The translations under genes and the position numbers were made by a program. Positions 30,201-39,589 of a DNA stretch of 64,000 bases are shown in pieces. Source of the stretch: Candidatus Poseidoniaceae archaeon (GTDB lineage: Archaea > Thermoplasmatota > Poseidoniia > Poseidoniales > Poseidoniaceae); contig JASLKC010000024.1 in assembly GCA_030747785.1 (NCBI GenBank), forward strand, positions 6,235 through 70,234, written 5' to 3'. Below the pieces are notes generated by a model. The model ran no database searches. It was given only the letters and a program-made list of their open reading frames with translations, and was not told where the DNA came from. Numbering within the stretch: the stretch's first letter is position 1; each line of letters begins with the position of its first letter.

Positions 30201-30791
30201 GAAAATATCACCATCGAATTCCCTACATCTGGTAGTTTCATTGTCAACTTAACAGTCTTCGATAATGATGGCATGGAGTCAACTGCAAGTGTGATTGTTA
30301 CTGTTAATGAAAAGCCGACTGAAGGCCTATTTGGTATTTCAACGGCCACTTCAGTAACAGCGGCTCTTGCAATAGTAATCGTCGCTCTTATCTCAGTACT
30401 ACTTTTGCGTGGACGAAATCAAGATTCGATTGTATACGAAACTAAAAAACAACCTGCAATGATGGATTCTTGGCCAGAAGCAGCACCAGTAACTGCTCCA
30501 GTAACTGCTCCACAACCAGCACCAGATAATCTCTCAGGGCCACCACTACCGGTTGGCGGCCTTCCTGAGGGATGGACAATGGAACAATGGGCATATTATG
30601 GAGAGCAATTCCTAGAATCTCAAAATGCAACCGCAATTGCGGAACCTGCGTATGTTGAACCAACTCCGGTTTCTCAGCCCGTGTATCAAGAACCGGTTCA
30701 AACTCCGGACATCACCCCGATGGTTCAAGAACCAGCACCAACTCCTGCCTCACAGGCATTGGCCGACCTTCTAGGCGACCTTGACCTGTGA
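27237..30791 (+). CDS. Large surface protein with CARDB- and PKD-like Ig domains, C-terminal TM and GWTMEQW tail (paralog 2)
   Basis: Collinear with the preceding gene (PTWRIGDEWTY, YDFPLR.G, GVDLVA, NRG..TS); GPPLPVGGLPEGWTMEQWAYYG. Confidence 0.85.
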   Translation: MRRGILSLVVLVLMLSAPLANINFELEDENIIFNTSETKDEVDVHDVPTWRIGDEWTYETQFDVAGLIQSANVTASINTLTGDTTMEVKDIRFEMIQGTQTLVYEMEISGDFTSGNSGASLEGTSGRLDIEYDGIDILRVRDLAVWTSEFSLKVEFAPYNLGFLSLELADLTFATVYEPPREKYDFPLRTGDQWVTTYDSATNVTGTSDYFDPSTFSTPYVEDNTTYQVTTDGTPTEDGNSPQYSGCSDSHKVNSWNDTGTPNGFEWYCDEIRYFAWQRIVNSAGFTIDWILKQYQPTDSSGGQAGSSPGIRNSIIEVTPEFLAILPNATEEVLGHYYVGQSDQTSTNLQLRYEIDGTIMSLTTDHNGNVMPDLDVGYSQDESPSSDDWTSNGVIIWDPVQKVVGAATIVMDLSVVGVDLVAKADSMIVTRLRGNDSVTLSQATGYNALPGDTLHFSVPAQNRGVLTSPATEMEIVTPDGTTIRGNLPALGPYAEARVDVNWTVSTDAPIGTQTLTFEVDPDQTVTADANRSNNDANLDIFIGRMPEASMIINDGLYTFENISFDASASTDLDGGNVECFFEIEDGIRIQNIDAPDCLANWSWADDGMWNVTVRVVDDELDEVTLTMQAEVLNRDPYVNLSAVSIVVDAGGAITFDASDSGDTDTISPEGQHVVITWPDSVCDEGLYGPFCTIRPEVEGMQTITVVVTDDDNAIVTDSIDFEVLNVDPTIGEISFSIDGIPYLPADDGTWSIDEGIFATMYVEGDDTLSDREELTVTWTPSDMDSNHTETTFGPASSIEYAWDEPGIHMILAYVTDNDGATSSTVQGFVRVNNIAPVMNGLPTQQALFEDEILILNASAIDFADQDKLKFCWDLLSSVDSDEDGNMTNDCDVEDANLVHTWSTPGLRMITANVWDDNDAHDSKTVQVTIVNRPPIAKISEPEEGFTITQGESLTFSASESIDTETDRTTLVFRWDDPNTKGSFEDGSGENITIEFPTSGSFIVNLTVFDNDGMESTASVIVTVNEKPTEGLFGISTATSVTAALAIVIVALISVLLLRGRNQDSIVYETKKQPAMMDSWPEAAPVTAPVTAPQPAPDNLSGPPLPVGGLPEGWTMEQWAYYGEQFLESQNATAIAEPAYVEPTPVSQPVYQEPVQTPDITPMVQEPAPTPASQALADLLGDLDL

Positions 30792-30804
30792 AGTGGGTGA
30801 TTCG

Positions 30805-31395
30805 ATGGGAAATTTGTGGCAGTTCTTTGGACTACCTGATCCTGAAGCACCAGCTGTTCAGCGTACTCGCCGAAGGTCATCAAAACCAAAAAGTTCCGAA
30901 GATGATACTACCGTTCAATCAAATATCATCGATGTACCAGACGCAATAATTGTAACTGAAGAAAGCACTCCTGAAGCGCCAATTTCGATTCCAAAACCCA
31001 TCACTAAGAAGGCGAATATTCCTAAAGGATGGAATGGGCCATTAACGCCAGATGGTGACCCATTTCATGACCTAGCACACCATACAGGTGGTTTTTCCGG
31101 ACATCCGGATAGAGCGTTAAGATATGTATCTCCAGACAAAATGCATCGCTTACCACTCAATGAGATTACATCGCGAATTCATAGTGGAGATACTATCATT
31201 GTAGACCTCAGGTCTTTGATACACATGGATACTCAAAGCAATGCTTGCCGCAGACAGTTAAGGGCGGTAGGAGATGAAATGAATGTCGCAGTTTTCTCGC
31301 TTGATTCTAGCGATAAACTCCTCTTATTACCCGGTGGAGATGTAACTGTTGATGTCGCACGTCATGAGTTAGGACTTGCCCCCATATTGATGTGA
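30805..31395 (+). CDS. sepF: Cell division protein SepF (archaeal type)
   Basis: N-terminal amphipathic MGNLWQFFG, long linker, C-terminal SGDTIIVDL...LLLLPG domain. Confidence 0.7.
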   Translation: MGNLWQFFGLPDPEAPAVQRTRRRSSKPKSSEDDTTVQSNIIDVPDAIIVTEESTPEAPISIPKPITKKANIPKGWNGPLTPDGDPFHDLAHHTGGFSGHPDRALRYVSPDKMHRLPLNEITSRIHSGDTIIVDLRSLIHMDTQSNACRRQLRAVGDEMNVAVFSLDSSDKLLLLPGGDVTVDVARHELGLAPILM

Positions 31396-31468
31396 TTTCA
31401 CTTCAATTATAAGTTCGAAATATCCTAACATCCTGAACTTGGTTTAGAGAGTCGCTTGAATGAAATTT

Positions 31469-32020
31469 TCATTCAATTAATCGTATAGCTGAAGGTGCAA
31501 AGCCCAATACAGTCAACTCATTTCCTTCAACCAATTTTGCATTTTTCCCCATAGCGCCAGCCAAATCATATGCGCCTGCTTTTCCGACCCATGATTCTGA
31601 TTCAAGCAATTCTCCAAGTGTATCATCGGATAATGAGTCCATCTCTACAATTGCCGATTCAACGAAAAAAGTCCAATCGCCACAAATCTGGATACCTGTG
31701 GCAGACCAGACTTGATGTCGACGTCCAGATAAGTGCTTTAGCATCGATAATGCATGTGCTGAATCTGCCGGTTTACCCATTGCGGCATGAGCATCATCTG
31801 GGTCACCGACCATAGTGTCCGCCACCACTACAACGGAAAATCCATGACCGTCTGGAACGGCTGCGGCCTTCCTTCGGCAAATTGTCAACACTTGGTCCTT
31901 AACTAAGCCACTCGGCGGGGTCTCATCAACACCAGGAAGTGCCTCTTGGTGTAGCGGTTGGCACCTTTTTCCTAGAAGTTCCGCTCGACGCTCAGATGCA
32001 CTGGCTAACCAAACTCCCAT
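31469..32020 (-). CDS. maf: Maf-family nucleoside triphosphate pyrophosphatase
   Basis: LASASERRAELL, DET, ADTMV, GKP, LSGRRHQV, GKAGAY. Confidence 0.9.
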   Translation of the reverse strand: MGVWLASASERRAELLGKRCQPLHQEALPGVDETPPSGLVKDQVLTICRRKAAAVPDGHGFSVVVVADTMVGDPDDAHAAMGKPADSAHALSMLKHLSGRRHQVWSATGIQICGDWTFFVESAIVEMDSLSDDTLGELLESESWVGKAGAYDLAGAMGKNAKLVEGNELTVLGFAPSAIRLIE

Positions 32021-32084
32021 ACAAGGCCATGCGTAGTCATATTGAAGAGAACATCGCCTTTACCCGTACCGGTGGCACCCCCCT

Positions 32085-32804
32085 ATGAGTGAAATTGAGC
32101 GAATTCCAACCTACATTTCTGGGCTTGATGAAAACATGCAAGGCGGTATTCCACAAGGACATATTTGCATCGTCGCTGGACAATCTGGAGCAATGAAATC
32201 CTCCGTAACTTTCTCTCTCCTTTACAATGCAGTTCTATATGGTGAAACTAGTGGAATCTATGTCACATTGGAACAAGGAAAGGATTCCTTACGCTCACAT
32301 ATGTCAAACATGGGCATGAATGTCGACGACCCCCGGGTTCGCAACCGCATCGCTATTATCGACCTAGCAGATCTTCGAGTCCAACTCGATGAGCAAGGAA
32401 TGAGTAACCGGATTGATTGGATGGGTCAACTGATTAAGCAACTCACATCTTACCGTCAGTCAATTGGTTTTGAACTTCTAGTGTTTGATTCTCTTGGTGC
32501 ATTCTTTACTCTCACCAAGATGGAAAACCCTCGTGACGAAATTTTCCGTCTCTTTGAAGCATGCCGACGCCTCGAATTGACCTCATTCTTCATCTGTGAA
32601 ATGACTGGAGAGGATCACAAGCAATTCGGAGAGTATGGTGTAGAAGACTATCTTTCTGATGGAGTTATGCACCTCACTATGGAAAGAATTGGTGATGATA
32701 TTACTCGTAAACTTGGAGTAATAAAAATGCGTCATACTCACCACATGCTGGGATACAAGCCAATATTGTGGAATGCAGAAGACCAAAAATTCACCATTCA
32801 GTGA
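32085..32804 (+). CDS. KaiC/RAD55-family single-domain ATPase
   Basis: RIPTYISGLD..MQGGIP, AGQSGAMKS, YVTLEQ, VFDSL, IKMRHT. Confidence 0.9.
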   Translation: MSEIERIPTYISGLDENMQGGIPQGHICIVAGQSGAMKSSVTFSLLYNAVLYGETSGIYVTLEQGKDSLRSHMSNMGMNVDDPRVRNRIAIIDLADLRVQLDEQGMSNRIDWMGQLIKQLTSYRQSIGFELLVFDSLGAFFTLTKMENPRDEIFRLFEACRRLELTSFFICEMTGEDHKQFGEYGVEDYLSDGVMHLTMERIGDDITRKLGVIKMRHTHHMLGYKPILWNAEDQKFTIQ

Positions 32805-32852
32805 CCCGATGTTTGAAGGATTACCTTCGCAGGGTGACTAGGTCAAAGGCGA

Positions 32853-34673
32853 TTATTCAACTGTAACAGACTTGGCTAAATTACGTGGCCTGTCAACATC
32901 ACAGCCAAGAGCAAGTCCAGCATGGTAAGCGATTAACTGTGTGGGGATTACTGTTAACAAAGGTGTGAGCAATGGGTCACAACGAGGAACTGCGATTGAA
33001 ATATCGCCTTCCGAAGCAATCTCATCACCTTCTGCATGAATTAGAATGATGCGCGCACCTCGTGCTCGGCATTCATGAATTGAAGCTACGGTTTTCTCTT
33101 TCATTTCGTCATCGGGAGCGATGACGACCACAGGTGACCCTTCTTCGAGAAGAGCGATAGGGCCATGTTTCATTTCTCCTGCTGGATATGATAAGCATGG
33201 AATGTATGCAACTTCCATTAGTTTTAGAGCGCCCTCGCTTGCAACTGGTGAAGAGAGTCCTCGGCCAAGGAATAGAACTGATTTGGCATTCTTTACTGCA
33301 TCAACTGCTTCCATAATTGGACCTGGGTCTTCAAGATATTTTTCGAGACGGTCTGGCATCTTTTTGAATTCGTCAATGATTTTCCTCCCCTTGGCCCGAG
33401 AGAATGACCTTGTTCGACCTAGTCTTAATGCAAAAATGAGTAATGAAGCAACCATATTTGTGAATGCCTTAGTTGAAGCAACTGCTTGCTCGGGGCCACT
33501 GTGAATGTATACGCCACGTCCACATAATCTCGCAATTGTTGAACCTACGACATTTATTATTCCAAATACTAACCCGCCCTTGAGTTTGATTTCCTTTATC
33601 GCGGATAGAGTATCGGCAGTCTCTCCCGACTGGGAAACTGCAAAATGAAGTCCAAGTTGATCTACAACTGGATCATTGTATCGAAATTCACTAGCAACAT
33701 GGGCCATCGCTGGAACTCTAGCCAATTTTTCAATCGCTAATCTTCCAACTTTGCATGCATTTAATGCAGTTCCGCATCCAATCAAGCGAACATGTGGAGT
33801 GGCACGAAGGGTAGCAGAATCTAATCTCAACCCTCCCAACTTTCCATTACCATTAGCATAGTCGAGTCGCCCCGATATGCAACGGCGTAATGCCTCGGGT
33901 TGTTCGTGTATCTCCTTGATCATATAATGAGGGTAATCGCCCAAATCCGCTTCGCCCCATTCCTCTTCAAGAATTGTTATTCCTGTTGAGGATGAGCCTC
34001 CTTCTAACCTACTAATCTTGAATCCTCCTCGTCTTATTATAGCAATATCACCATCTTCGAGGAAGGATACACTCTGTGTATGTGGTGTAAGTGCGTGGGG
34101 GTCAGATGCAACAAATGATTCTCCATCTCCTTGTCCGAGAATTAGTGGCGAGCCATTTGCAGCACAGATAATCATATCATGTTCTTTGAACATAACACAA
34201 AGACCCCATGTGCCAACAACTTTCCTTAGGGTCTGACGTACAGCCTCAATTGGTTCCTGTCCGGAATCAAGACCTATTGAAATCATGTGGGCAAGAACTT
34301 CGGAATCGGTTTCCGAAACGAGTTCTATTCCTTTTGACTCCAATTTTTTACGCAATAATCGGACGTTGTCAATAATTCCATTGTGGACTATTGCAAGAGA
34401 AGATGTTTCATTCAGATGAGGATGGGCATTTTCATCGGTAACGCCACCATGAGTTGCCCAACGAGTATGAGAAATTCCACAATTACCCTTGATTACTTTG
34501 GGTAATATTTTCTTGAGATCATTTACTTTACCCACTTTCTTGTGAACTTGAATTTCTCCATTTAGAACAGCAATACCAGTGGAATCATATCCGCGATATT
34601 CCATTCTTCGAAGTCCTTCAACCAGTAATGGAGCGGCACTTTTTACCCCGATATAGCCAAAGATGCCGCACAT
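32853..34673 (-). CDS. glmS: Glutamine--fructose-6-phosphate transaminase
   Basis: MCGIFG, EYRGYDS, HTRWATHG, SQSGETAD, KHGPIAL, PRNLAKSVTVE. Confidence 0.97.
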   Translation of the reverse strand: MCGIFGYIGVKSAAPLLVEGLRRMEYRGYDSTGIAVLNGEIQVHKKVGKVNDLKKILPKVIKGNCGISHTRWATHGGVTDENAHPHLNETSSLAIVHNGIIDNVRLLRKKLESKGIELVSETDSEVLAHMISIGLDSGQEPIEAVRQTLRKVVGTWGLCVMFKEHDMIICAANGSPLILGQGDGESFVASDPHALTPHTQSVSFLEDGDIAIIRRGGFKISRLEGGSSSTGITILEEEWGEADLGDYPHYMIKEIHEQPEALRRCISGRLDYANGNGKLGGLRLDSATLRATPHVRLIGCGTALNACKVGRLAIEKLARVPAMAHVASEFRYNDPVVDQLGLHFAVSQSGETADTLSAIKEIKLKGGLVFGIINVVGSTIARLCGRGVYIHSGPEQAVASTKAFTNMVASLLIFALRLGRTRSFSRAKGRKIIDEFKKMPDRLEKYLEDPGPIMEAVDAVKNAKSVLFLGRGLSSPVASEGALKLMEVAYIPCLSYPAGEMKHGPIALLEEGSPVVVIAPDDEMKEKTVASIHECRARGARIILIHAEGDEIASEGDISIAVPRCDPLLTPLLTVIPTQLIAYHAGLALGCDVDRPRNLAKSVTVE

Positions 34674-34683
34674 AATTACCACT

Positions 34684-37600
34684 TCACATGTTAATAGTCG
34701 CAGAACAAATAGGACAATCCATACTTCTGAGAGTCATATCCTTGACCGTGGTTGTTGCACTACATTCACCACAACTAACTTCCCGTGTAGGGGCGGGCAT
34801 TGGTGGCAATGGCATCATCCCAGGAGCAGGCGGCATTGGCAGTGGAAGTTCACCCGGGGCAGGTGGTGGAGGCAAATTCGGTAGACTTGGTAATTCTCCA
34901 AGACTTGGTAATTCCCCGGGTAAAGGAATAGGCGGTAGCTCAGAAATCATCTTGTCAAATGCTTCCTTAGATTCTCTCTGTTCCTTGCGCTTCATTCGGC
35001 GCTCAAGACGCTTTGATGCTGTACCTGCCTCAACCTTAGCTTCCAATTCAGTCGCGAGATCTCTCTCAACCACTTCTTCTTCGACGATTTCCACCAATAC
35101 TCTCGTACCTGTAGATATGACTAGTTCGTTATTTCCATCTGCATCAATAGCTACCAGTGGCGTGTCTTCTTCGGGTTCAACGAGTAATTCGATATCCCCT
35201 GTTCCTGTTGAAACCTCGAGTTCGAGTTCCTCCTCGTGTGTTTTCCTTAACACTATGACAACACAAGCAAGTAGTGTGAATAAGCCAATGGTAATTCCAA
35301 CGAGAATCATCATTTTTTGTTCCTCGGTCTCTCCGGGAAGAGGTTCCAGCAACATGTCGAGAATGAAGTTTCCATCGTCAACATCAACGACAGGATTAAT
35401 CAGTGCCATTTTTCTGACATTTACTTCACCAGAAGGTGATATTGAAGCAATTATTCCATCCTTACCAATATCACCTGCACCGACAATATAGCCTTCTCCA
35501 ACAAGATTTGAATGCCCGACCACTGGTTCATTCGCAAGTCGTAAACCATAGCGAACAACTGGGCCGTAGATTCCAATTTCGTCATGTAGCACTCTAATGC
35601 CATCGCCTATTTTCAAAATTACTACCTTTGTCGCACCTGGTGCTGAGGTGATGGTTGGATTATCAAGAGACCAAATCGAATCGGTTACTGCGGTGTTAAT
35701 CGTTGCAGAGCGCCCAGTTTGTTCTACCCATCCTGCAATCAATACATCCTTGTCATTTTCTTCGATAACCATTAGTTCAGGCATTGCCGCGTTATCGCCT
35801 ACTGCAGATTGGAATGACCACGGCGTAATATGCGCCTCACCATGAGCATAGAATAGACCTACTCGATCTTGTCCAGTTACATCATCCCTCATTGCTTGGT
35901 AGAGAATATGAACATACTTTTTCCCGATTCCTACAGCAATAGAATTACCGAATTGTGGATTGATATCAACATCGGTAATCACATTGTTACGTGTGAACCA
36001 GCCTTGACTAGAATCGCCATCCTCTCCAACAATTAAGAAAATATTTGTCACATCTAACCATGACCCACCGGTGGAAATATCACGATGATATCCCGCTAAC
36101 ACAATTCTGCCGTCCTTTTCAGCGAGGTCAAGACCCCAGTATTCGCCTTCGGATTGCTTAATTGGAGTCATGTGTGACATCACATTCATCAAATCTCCAG
36201 ATGCACCAATGCTAGCCGTTCTTACTTCATAGAGAGTGTAGCCTGTACCATCTTGGAACCTTCGAGTCCAAGCGATTTGTGCCCTTCCATCTTCTCTAAC
36301 AATGAATGCAAATTCACCAGTCCAATCGGATTCAATCAACGTATCTCCAGGCATTCCAAAGGTAGGGGTAAGAGTTCGAGCATGTAATTCTCCACCTGTG
36401 GTAGTGAACAATAATCCACCACCATCAATTCCGACAAAACCGATTGCAGCTTCGCCTTCAGAGAGTGTTAATCTCGTTGGGCTACTAACTTCAAATCCAT
36501 CCACAATCACATTGAATCGCAATTCAGAATGCTCTACAGAAACACCGTCGCCTTCCAGAATAACCCTATGTTGAATGGTGCCGCTTTCCTGAGCACTATG
36601 GGTGAAACTTGCTTTTGAATGGCCTGTACCACTGGTTGAACCTCCAATTACTGCAATTATTTGACGGTCTCCAGAATAAGTTTGCCAACCCGTTTCTTCC
36701 CAAGTATAGAGGGTCATGATAATCGAAGTTGCATCAGTTTGACCTAAATTATCCACTCTGACATTGATTTTGTAGGATACAGGATTATCCGGATTGGCTG
36801 GCGGTGAAGGGACAGAAGGAGTTGTTGTCACTGCAGAAGTTAAGAATCTCAGAGTAGGTTCAATTGGTCGCTCTTCGACAAGGAATTGGAATGAATAAGA
36901 ATTGTCTGAAATATCGATTTCGTTCTGAAGACCGTTTGGATCAATATTGAGAGTCACTGTATGGTCTCCCGCCTCTGTTGCCCACCACCAAAGAATCACT
37001 GAACGCGTTTCTCCCTGTGCAAGAGTGATTTTGCCCTCACTAGGATAGGTGTTGGAATCAGAACCTGGAGCATCTAGAGAAAGATGTAGATCCGATGCAG
37101 TAGCATCGCCAGTATTCACTACACTGAAGTGGATTTCCAAAACAGTACCAGCGACAGCAGAAGTTGCTGGAAGAAGATCTTGGTCGAGAATTTCAACTGA
37201 ACTTTGGAATTTTAGTGCCGGCGCTGCTGGCTGATTATCTACAGTGAATGTTCTACGTACTACATCGGTTTCGAGGCCACTAAGGTTTACCATTTTGATA
37301 GAAATTCTATGCGAGCCATCGTCAACTTCAGTTGAATCCCAAGTGAAGGACCAATCCTGAAGTTCATTATCTGTAGAATCAAAGGAATGTGCTACTGACC
37401 ACTCTTCTGAGCCAACACGGTAGTGCAATTCATCTGCTTCAATTCCTTGAGCAGAGCCTGAGAAGGTAACTGTATCACTAATGCTTGCTCCTGAGGAAGG
37501 AGAACCAAATGAGACCATCATTCGGCTAATTCGTCCCCATCTCGCATCAGATGCAGATGCATCGGTAGAATTCACCGCTCTTGCCTCGATGACAACATAT

Positions 37601-39516
37601 GTTTCAGTCTCACTAACCCAATCCTCTTTGATTAGTACATCGAGATACCACGATGATGTTTGTCCGCCAGCAGCGGTCCAATCCATCAAAACGACTTCAC
37701 TAAAGTCCTCGTGATGTTGTGTGAGTTTTACCTCCATAGAGTCCCATGGCTCGTCACCTGTTTCCTCGCCACCAGAGATTCTCATCATATCCCCTACAAG
37801 CATCCAAGTGCCGTTATTGGGTGAAGTGATTAGCGCACCAAGTTCAGAATCATTATTCGGAGGTGGATCGATGATGACGCTCCCGCCACCTCCATCAAGA
37901 GGTGTACAAGCACGCTGTAATGCGGTGTCAACCGCACATGATGCATCGACTAAGCCAAATCCCCAATCCGCATTCCAACGATCTGATACTCCCGGCTCAT
38001 CAGGGTCTCCACGTTGCTCACTGGAATTACGTAGGATATCCTTGACCTCTTCGGGTGAGAGAGATGATTCGGCTTGGAGCATCAAGGCAACGATACCTGA
38101 TACTAGTGGAGTTGCCATTGAGGTTCCATCCTTTTCCTCATACCCATTATCTGCCATTGGCCGCGGTGAGCCTGGGAATGAAGTACCTGTAGCTGCAGAT
38201 GCGGACATCATGTCGCTACCATAGGCGCTAATGTCAGGCTTCAACTCATCCCAATCATCACCATCATTATCAGAATTACGAGGTCCTGAATTGGAATAGG
38301 ATGCCATGTTATCATCGGTGCGGTTTATCGTACCGCGGTCCTCAGCAGAGCCGATTGTAATGGCACCATCTGCACTCGCCGGTGAAGGAATTCTACGCTT
38401 ACCGTCATTTCCAGCAGCGACAACACACGAAATTCCATTGACAGTTGCATTGTTTACCAATCTGGCTTCAGCACCCGTTCCATTATCTCCGTCATCATTT
38501 GGATCGAGTTGATTTCCTATCGAGCCGAATGACATTTGAGCGATATGTATGCCAATTGCACCATTACCCCAATTAGTATCCTTATTGTTGATTACCCATT
38601 GAATGCCATTGATTGAATTCTGTGAATTAGTACCACCGCTATCTGTTAGAACCTTGACATCGACAAGGTATGCACCTGGTGCAGTTCCCATATCGATTCC
38701 TCTTGAATCCCCGGTCCCAAGGGCAATACCTGCGACGTGCGTACCATGGCCTTGGCCATCATCTGGATCCTGGCTACCATCAGGATTGGATGCTTGAGAT
38801 GTTGCATCATATCCCGCAACCCACTTCTGGTCGTCATAGGAATTTGCATCTAAATCAGGATCGTCGTCTTGGTCATCAAAATCATTGAGAGAGCGATGCT
38901 CATTATCGACTCCACTGTCGAGTACTGCGATTACAATTCCTTCGCCGGTATATCCACGGTCGTACAGAGTTCCGCCATATACATCTGAAGGTCTAACCCT
39001 CGAAGCAGGACTTGCTGTTGAAAGGAATGAAGTCATCACATTTTGCATTTCAACGACGACTACCGATTCCAATGCGTGTATCTCGAGGATTGCACTCACG
39101 GGAACATGGTCGACTACAATGGAATCGATTGAATCCATAACTTGGAACCACGAGCTTTCTGATTCCCAACCATGATTCTCCAAGATTTCTACCAACTGCT
39201 CAATCTCAATTTCGGTAGGATGCCATGCAAAGTCGACGATTATCGCAACGGTACTGTATCCGTCTTCTGCAATAATCGAAGTTGGGGAAGGTGATTCTTT
39301 GCCAGCGATGACATCTTCTAATCGGTCATCGAGTCCATCGAAATCTGAATCTGGCCCATATGCAAACCACCAACCATATTCCTCACTCGCAGCCTTGTCG
39401 CCACGATGGGGCATCCGGTCCTCCGCGACTTCCTCAACATCGAATGCTGAAGCGAATGCTGAGAGGTCGGCCATGACAAAGACCAGTACCAAAAGGAGTG
39501 CTCTGATGTTCAACAT
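34684..39516 (-). CDS. Large membrane-anchored subtilisin-like (S8) serine peptidase with CARDB domains and cytoplasmic Pro-rich/Zn-ribbon tail
   Basis: IAVLDSGVD, GHGTHVAG, AAGN, GTSMATP catalytic motifs; CARDB-like VVNTG..EIDISDNS; TM; CGEC...CPIC. Confidence 0.92.
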   Translation of the reverse strand: MLNIRALLLVLVFVMADLSAFASAFDVEEVAEDRMPHRGDKAASEEYGWWFAYGPDSDFDGLDDRLEDVIAGKESPSPTSIIAEDGYSTVAIIVDFAWHPTEIEIEQLVEILENHGWESESSWFQVMDSIDSIVVDHVPVSAILEIHALESVVVVEMQNVMTSFLSTASPASRVRPSDVYGGTLYDRGYTGEGIVIAVLDSGVDNEHRSLNDFDDQDDDPDLDANSYDDQKWVAGYDATSQASNPDGSQDPDDGQGHGTHVAGIALGTGDSRGIDMGTAPGAYLVDVKVLTDSGGTNSQNSINGIQWVINNKDTNWGNGAIGIHIAQMSFGSIGNQLDPNDDGDNGTGAEARLVNNATVNGISCVVAAGNDGKRRIPSPASADGAITIGSAEDRGTINRTDDNMASYSNSGPRNSDNDGDDWDELKPDISAYGSDMMSASAATGTSFPGSPRPMADNGYEEKDGTSMATPLVSGIVALMLQAESSLSPEEVKDILRNSSEQRGDPDEPGVSDRWNADWGFGLVDASCAVDTALQRACTPLDGGGGSVIIDPPPNNDSELGALITSPNNGTWMLVGDMMRISGGEETGDEPWDSMEVKLTQHHEDFSEVVLMDWTAAGGQTSSWYLDVLIKEDWVSETETYVVIEARAVNSTDASASDARWGRISRMMVSFGSPSSGASISDTVTFSGSAQGIEADELHYRVGSEEWSVAHSFDSTDNELQDWSFTWDSTEVDDGSHRISIKMVNLSGLETDVVRRTFTVDNQPAAPALKFQSSVEILDQDLLPATSAVAGTVLEIHFSVVNTGDATASDLHLSLDAPGSDSNTYPSEGKITLAQGETRSVILWWWATEAGDHTVTLNIDPNGLQNEIDISDNSYSFQFLVEERPIEPTLRFLTSAVTTTPSVPSPPANPDNPVSYKINVRVDNLGQTDATSIIMTLYTWEETGWQTYSGDRQIIAVIGGSTSGTGHSKASFTHSAQESGTIQHRVILEGDGVSVEHSELRFNVIVDGFEVSSPTRLTLSEGEAAIGFVGIDGGGLLFTTTGGELHARTLTPTFGMPGDTLIESDWTGEFAFIVREDGRAQIAWTRRFQDGTGYTLYEVRTASIGASGDLMNVMSHMTPIKQSEGEYWGLDLAEKDGRIVLAGYHRDISTGGSWLDVTNIFLIVGEDGDSSQGWFTRNNVITDVDINPQFGNSIAVGIGKKYVHILYQAMRDDVTGQDRVGLFYAHGEAHITPWSFQSAVGDNAAMPELMVIEENDKDVLIAGWVEQTGRSATINTAVTDSIWSLDNPTITSAPGATKVVILKIGDGIRVLHDEIGIYGPVVRYGLRLANEPVVGHSNLVGEGYIVGAGDIGKDGIIASISPSGEVNVRKMALINPVVDVDDGNFILDMLLEPLPGETEEQKMMILVGITIGLFTLLACVVIVLRKTHEEELELEVSTGTGDIELLVEPEEDTPLVAIDADGNNELVISTGTRVLVEIVEEEVVERDLATELEAKVEAGTASKRLERRMKRKEQRESKEAFDKMISELPPIPLPGELPSLGELPSLPNLPPPPAPGELPLPMPPAPGMMPLPPMPAPTREVSCGECSATTTVKDMTLRSMDCPICSATINM

Positions 39517-39524
39517 ACGGCCAT

Positions 39525-39542
39525 CCCGCCCTTACGGGCGGG
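39525..39542. promoter_or_regulatory. Hairpin CCCGCCC-GTAA-GGGCGGG (minus-strand reading) upstream of the S8 peptidase start
   Basis: Perfect 7-bp inverted repeat with 4-nt GNRA-type loop, 8 nt upstream of the ATG. Confidence 0.5.
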
Positions 39543-39572
39543 CTCTGGCCCCAATGAACCTTCCCGCCATCC

Positions 39573-39589
39573 GAGCCCCGTAGGGGCTC
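39573..39589. promoter_or_regulatory. Triloop hairpin GAGCCCC-GTA-GGGGCTC
   Basis: Perfect 7-bp inverted repeat overlapping the rhomboid stop codon, in the gap before the S8 gene. Confidence 0.5.

Noticed and set aside
30486-30512. 12-bp tandem repeat CCAGTAACTGCT
   Set aside because: Encodes an APVT-APVT linker; ordinary slippage.
31396-31468. AT-rich gap between sepF and maf containing GTTCGAA
   Set aside because: No acceptor or anticodon stems around the T-loop-like word; probably just a termination zone.
32085-32804. KaiC-like gene as a circadian or defence system; deviant Walker A (GAMKS)
   Set aside because: Single-domain RAD55/KaiC ATPases are common in archaea, the GxMKS variant is familiar from Thermoplasmatota, and no kaiB or partner gene is adjacent.
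34883-34914. 18-bp tandem repeat (AGACTTGGTAATTC twice)
   Set aside because: In-frame coding repeat (GELPSL twice) in a Pro-rich tail; not a CRISPR or mobile repeat.
34688-35491. 267-aa plus-strand ORF
   Set aside because: Antisense shadow of the low-complexity S8 peptidase tail; no motifs.
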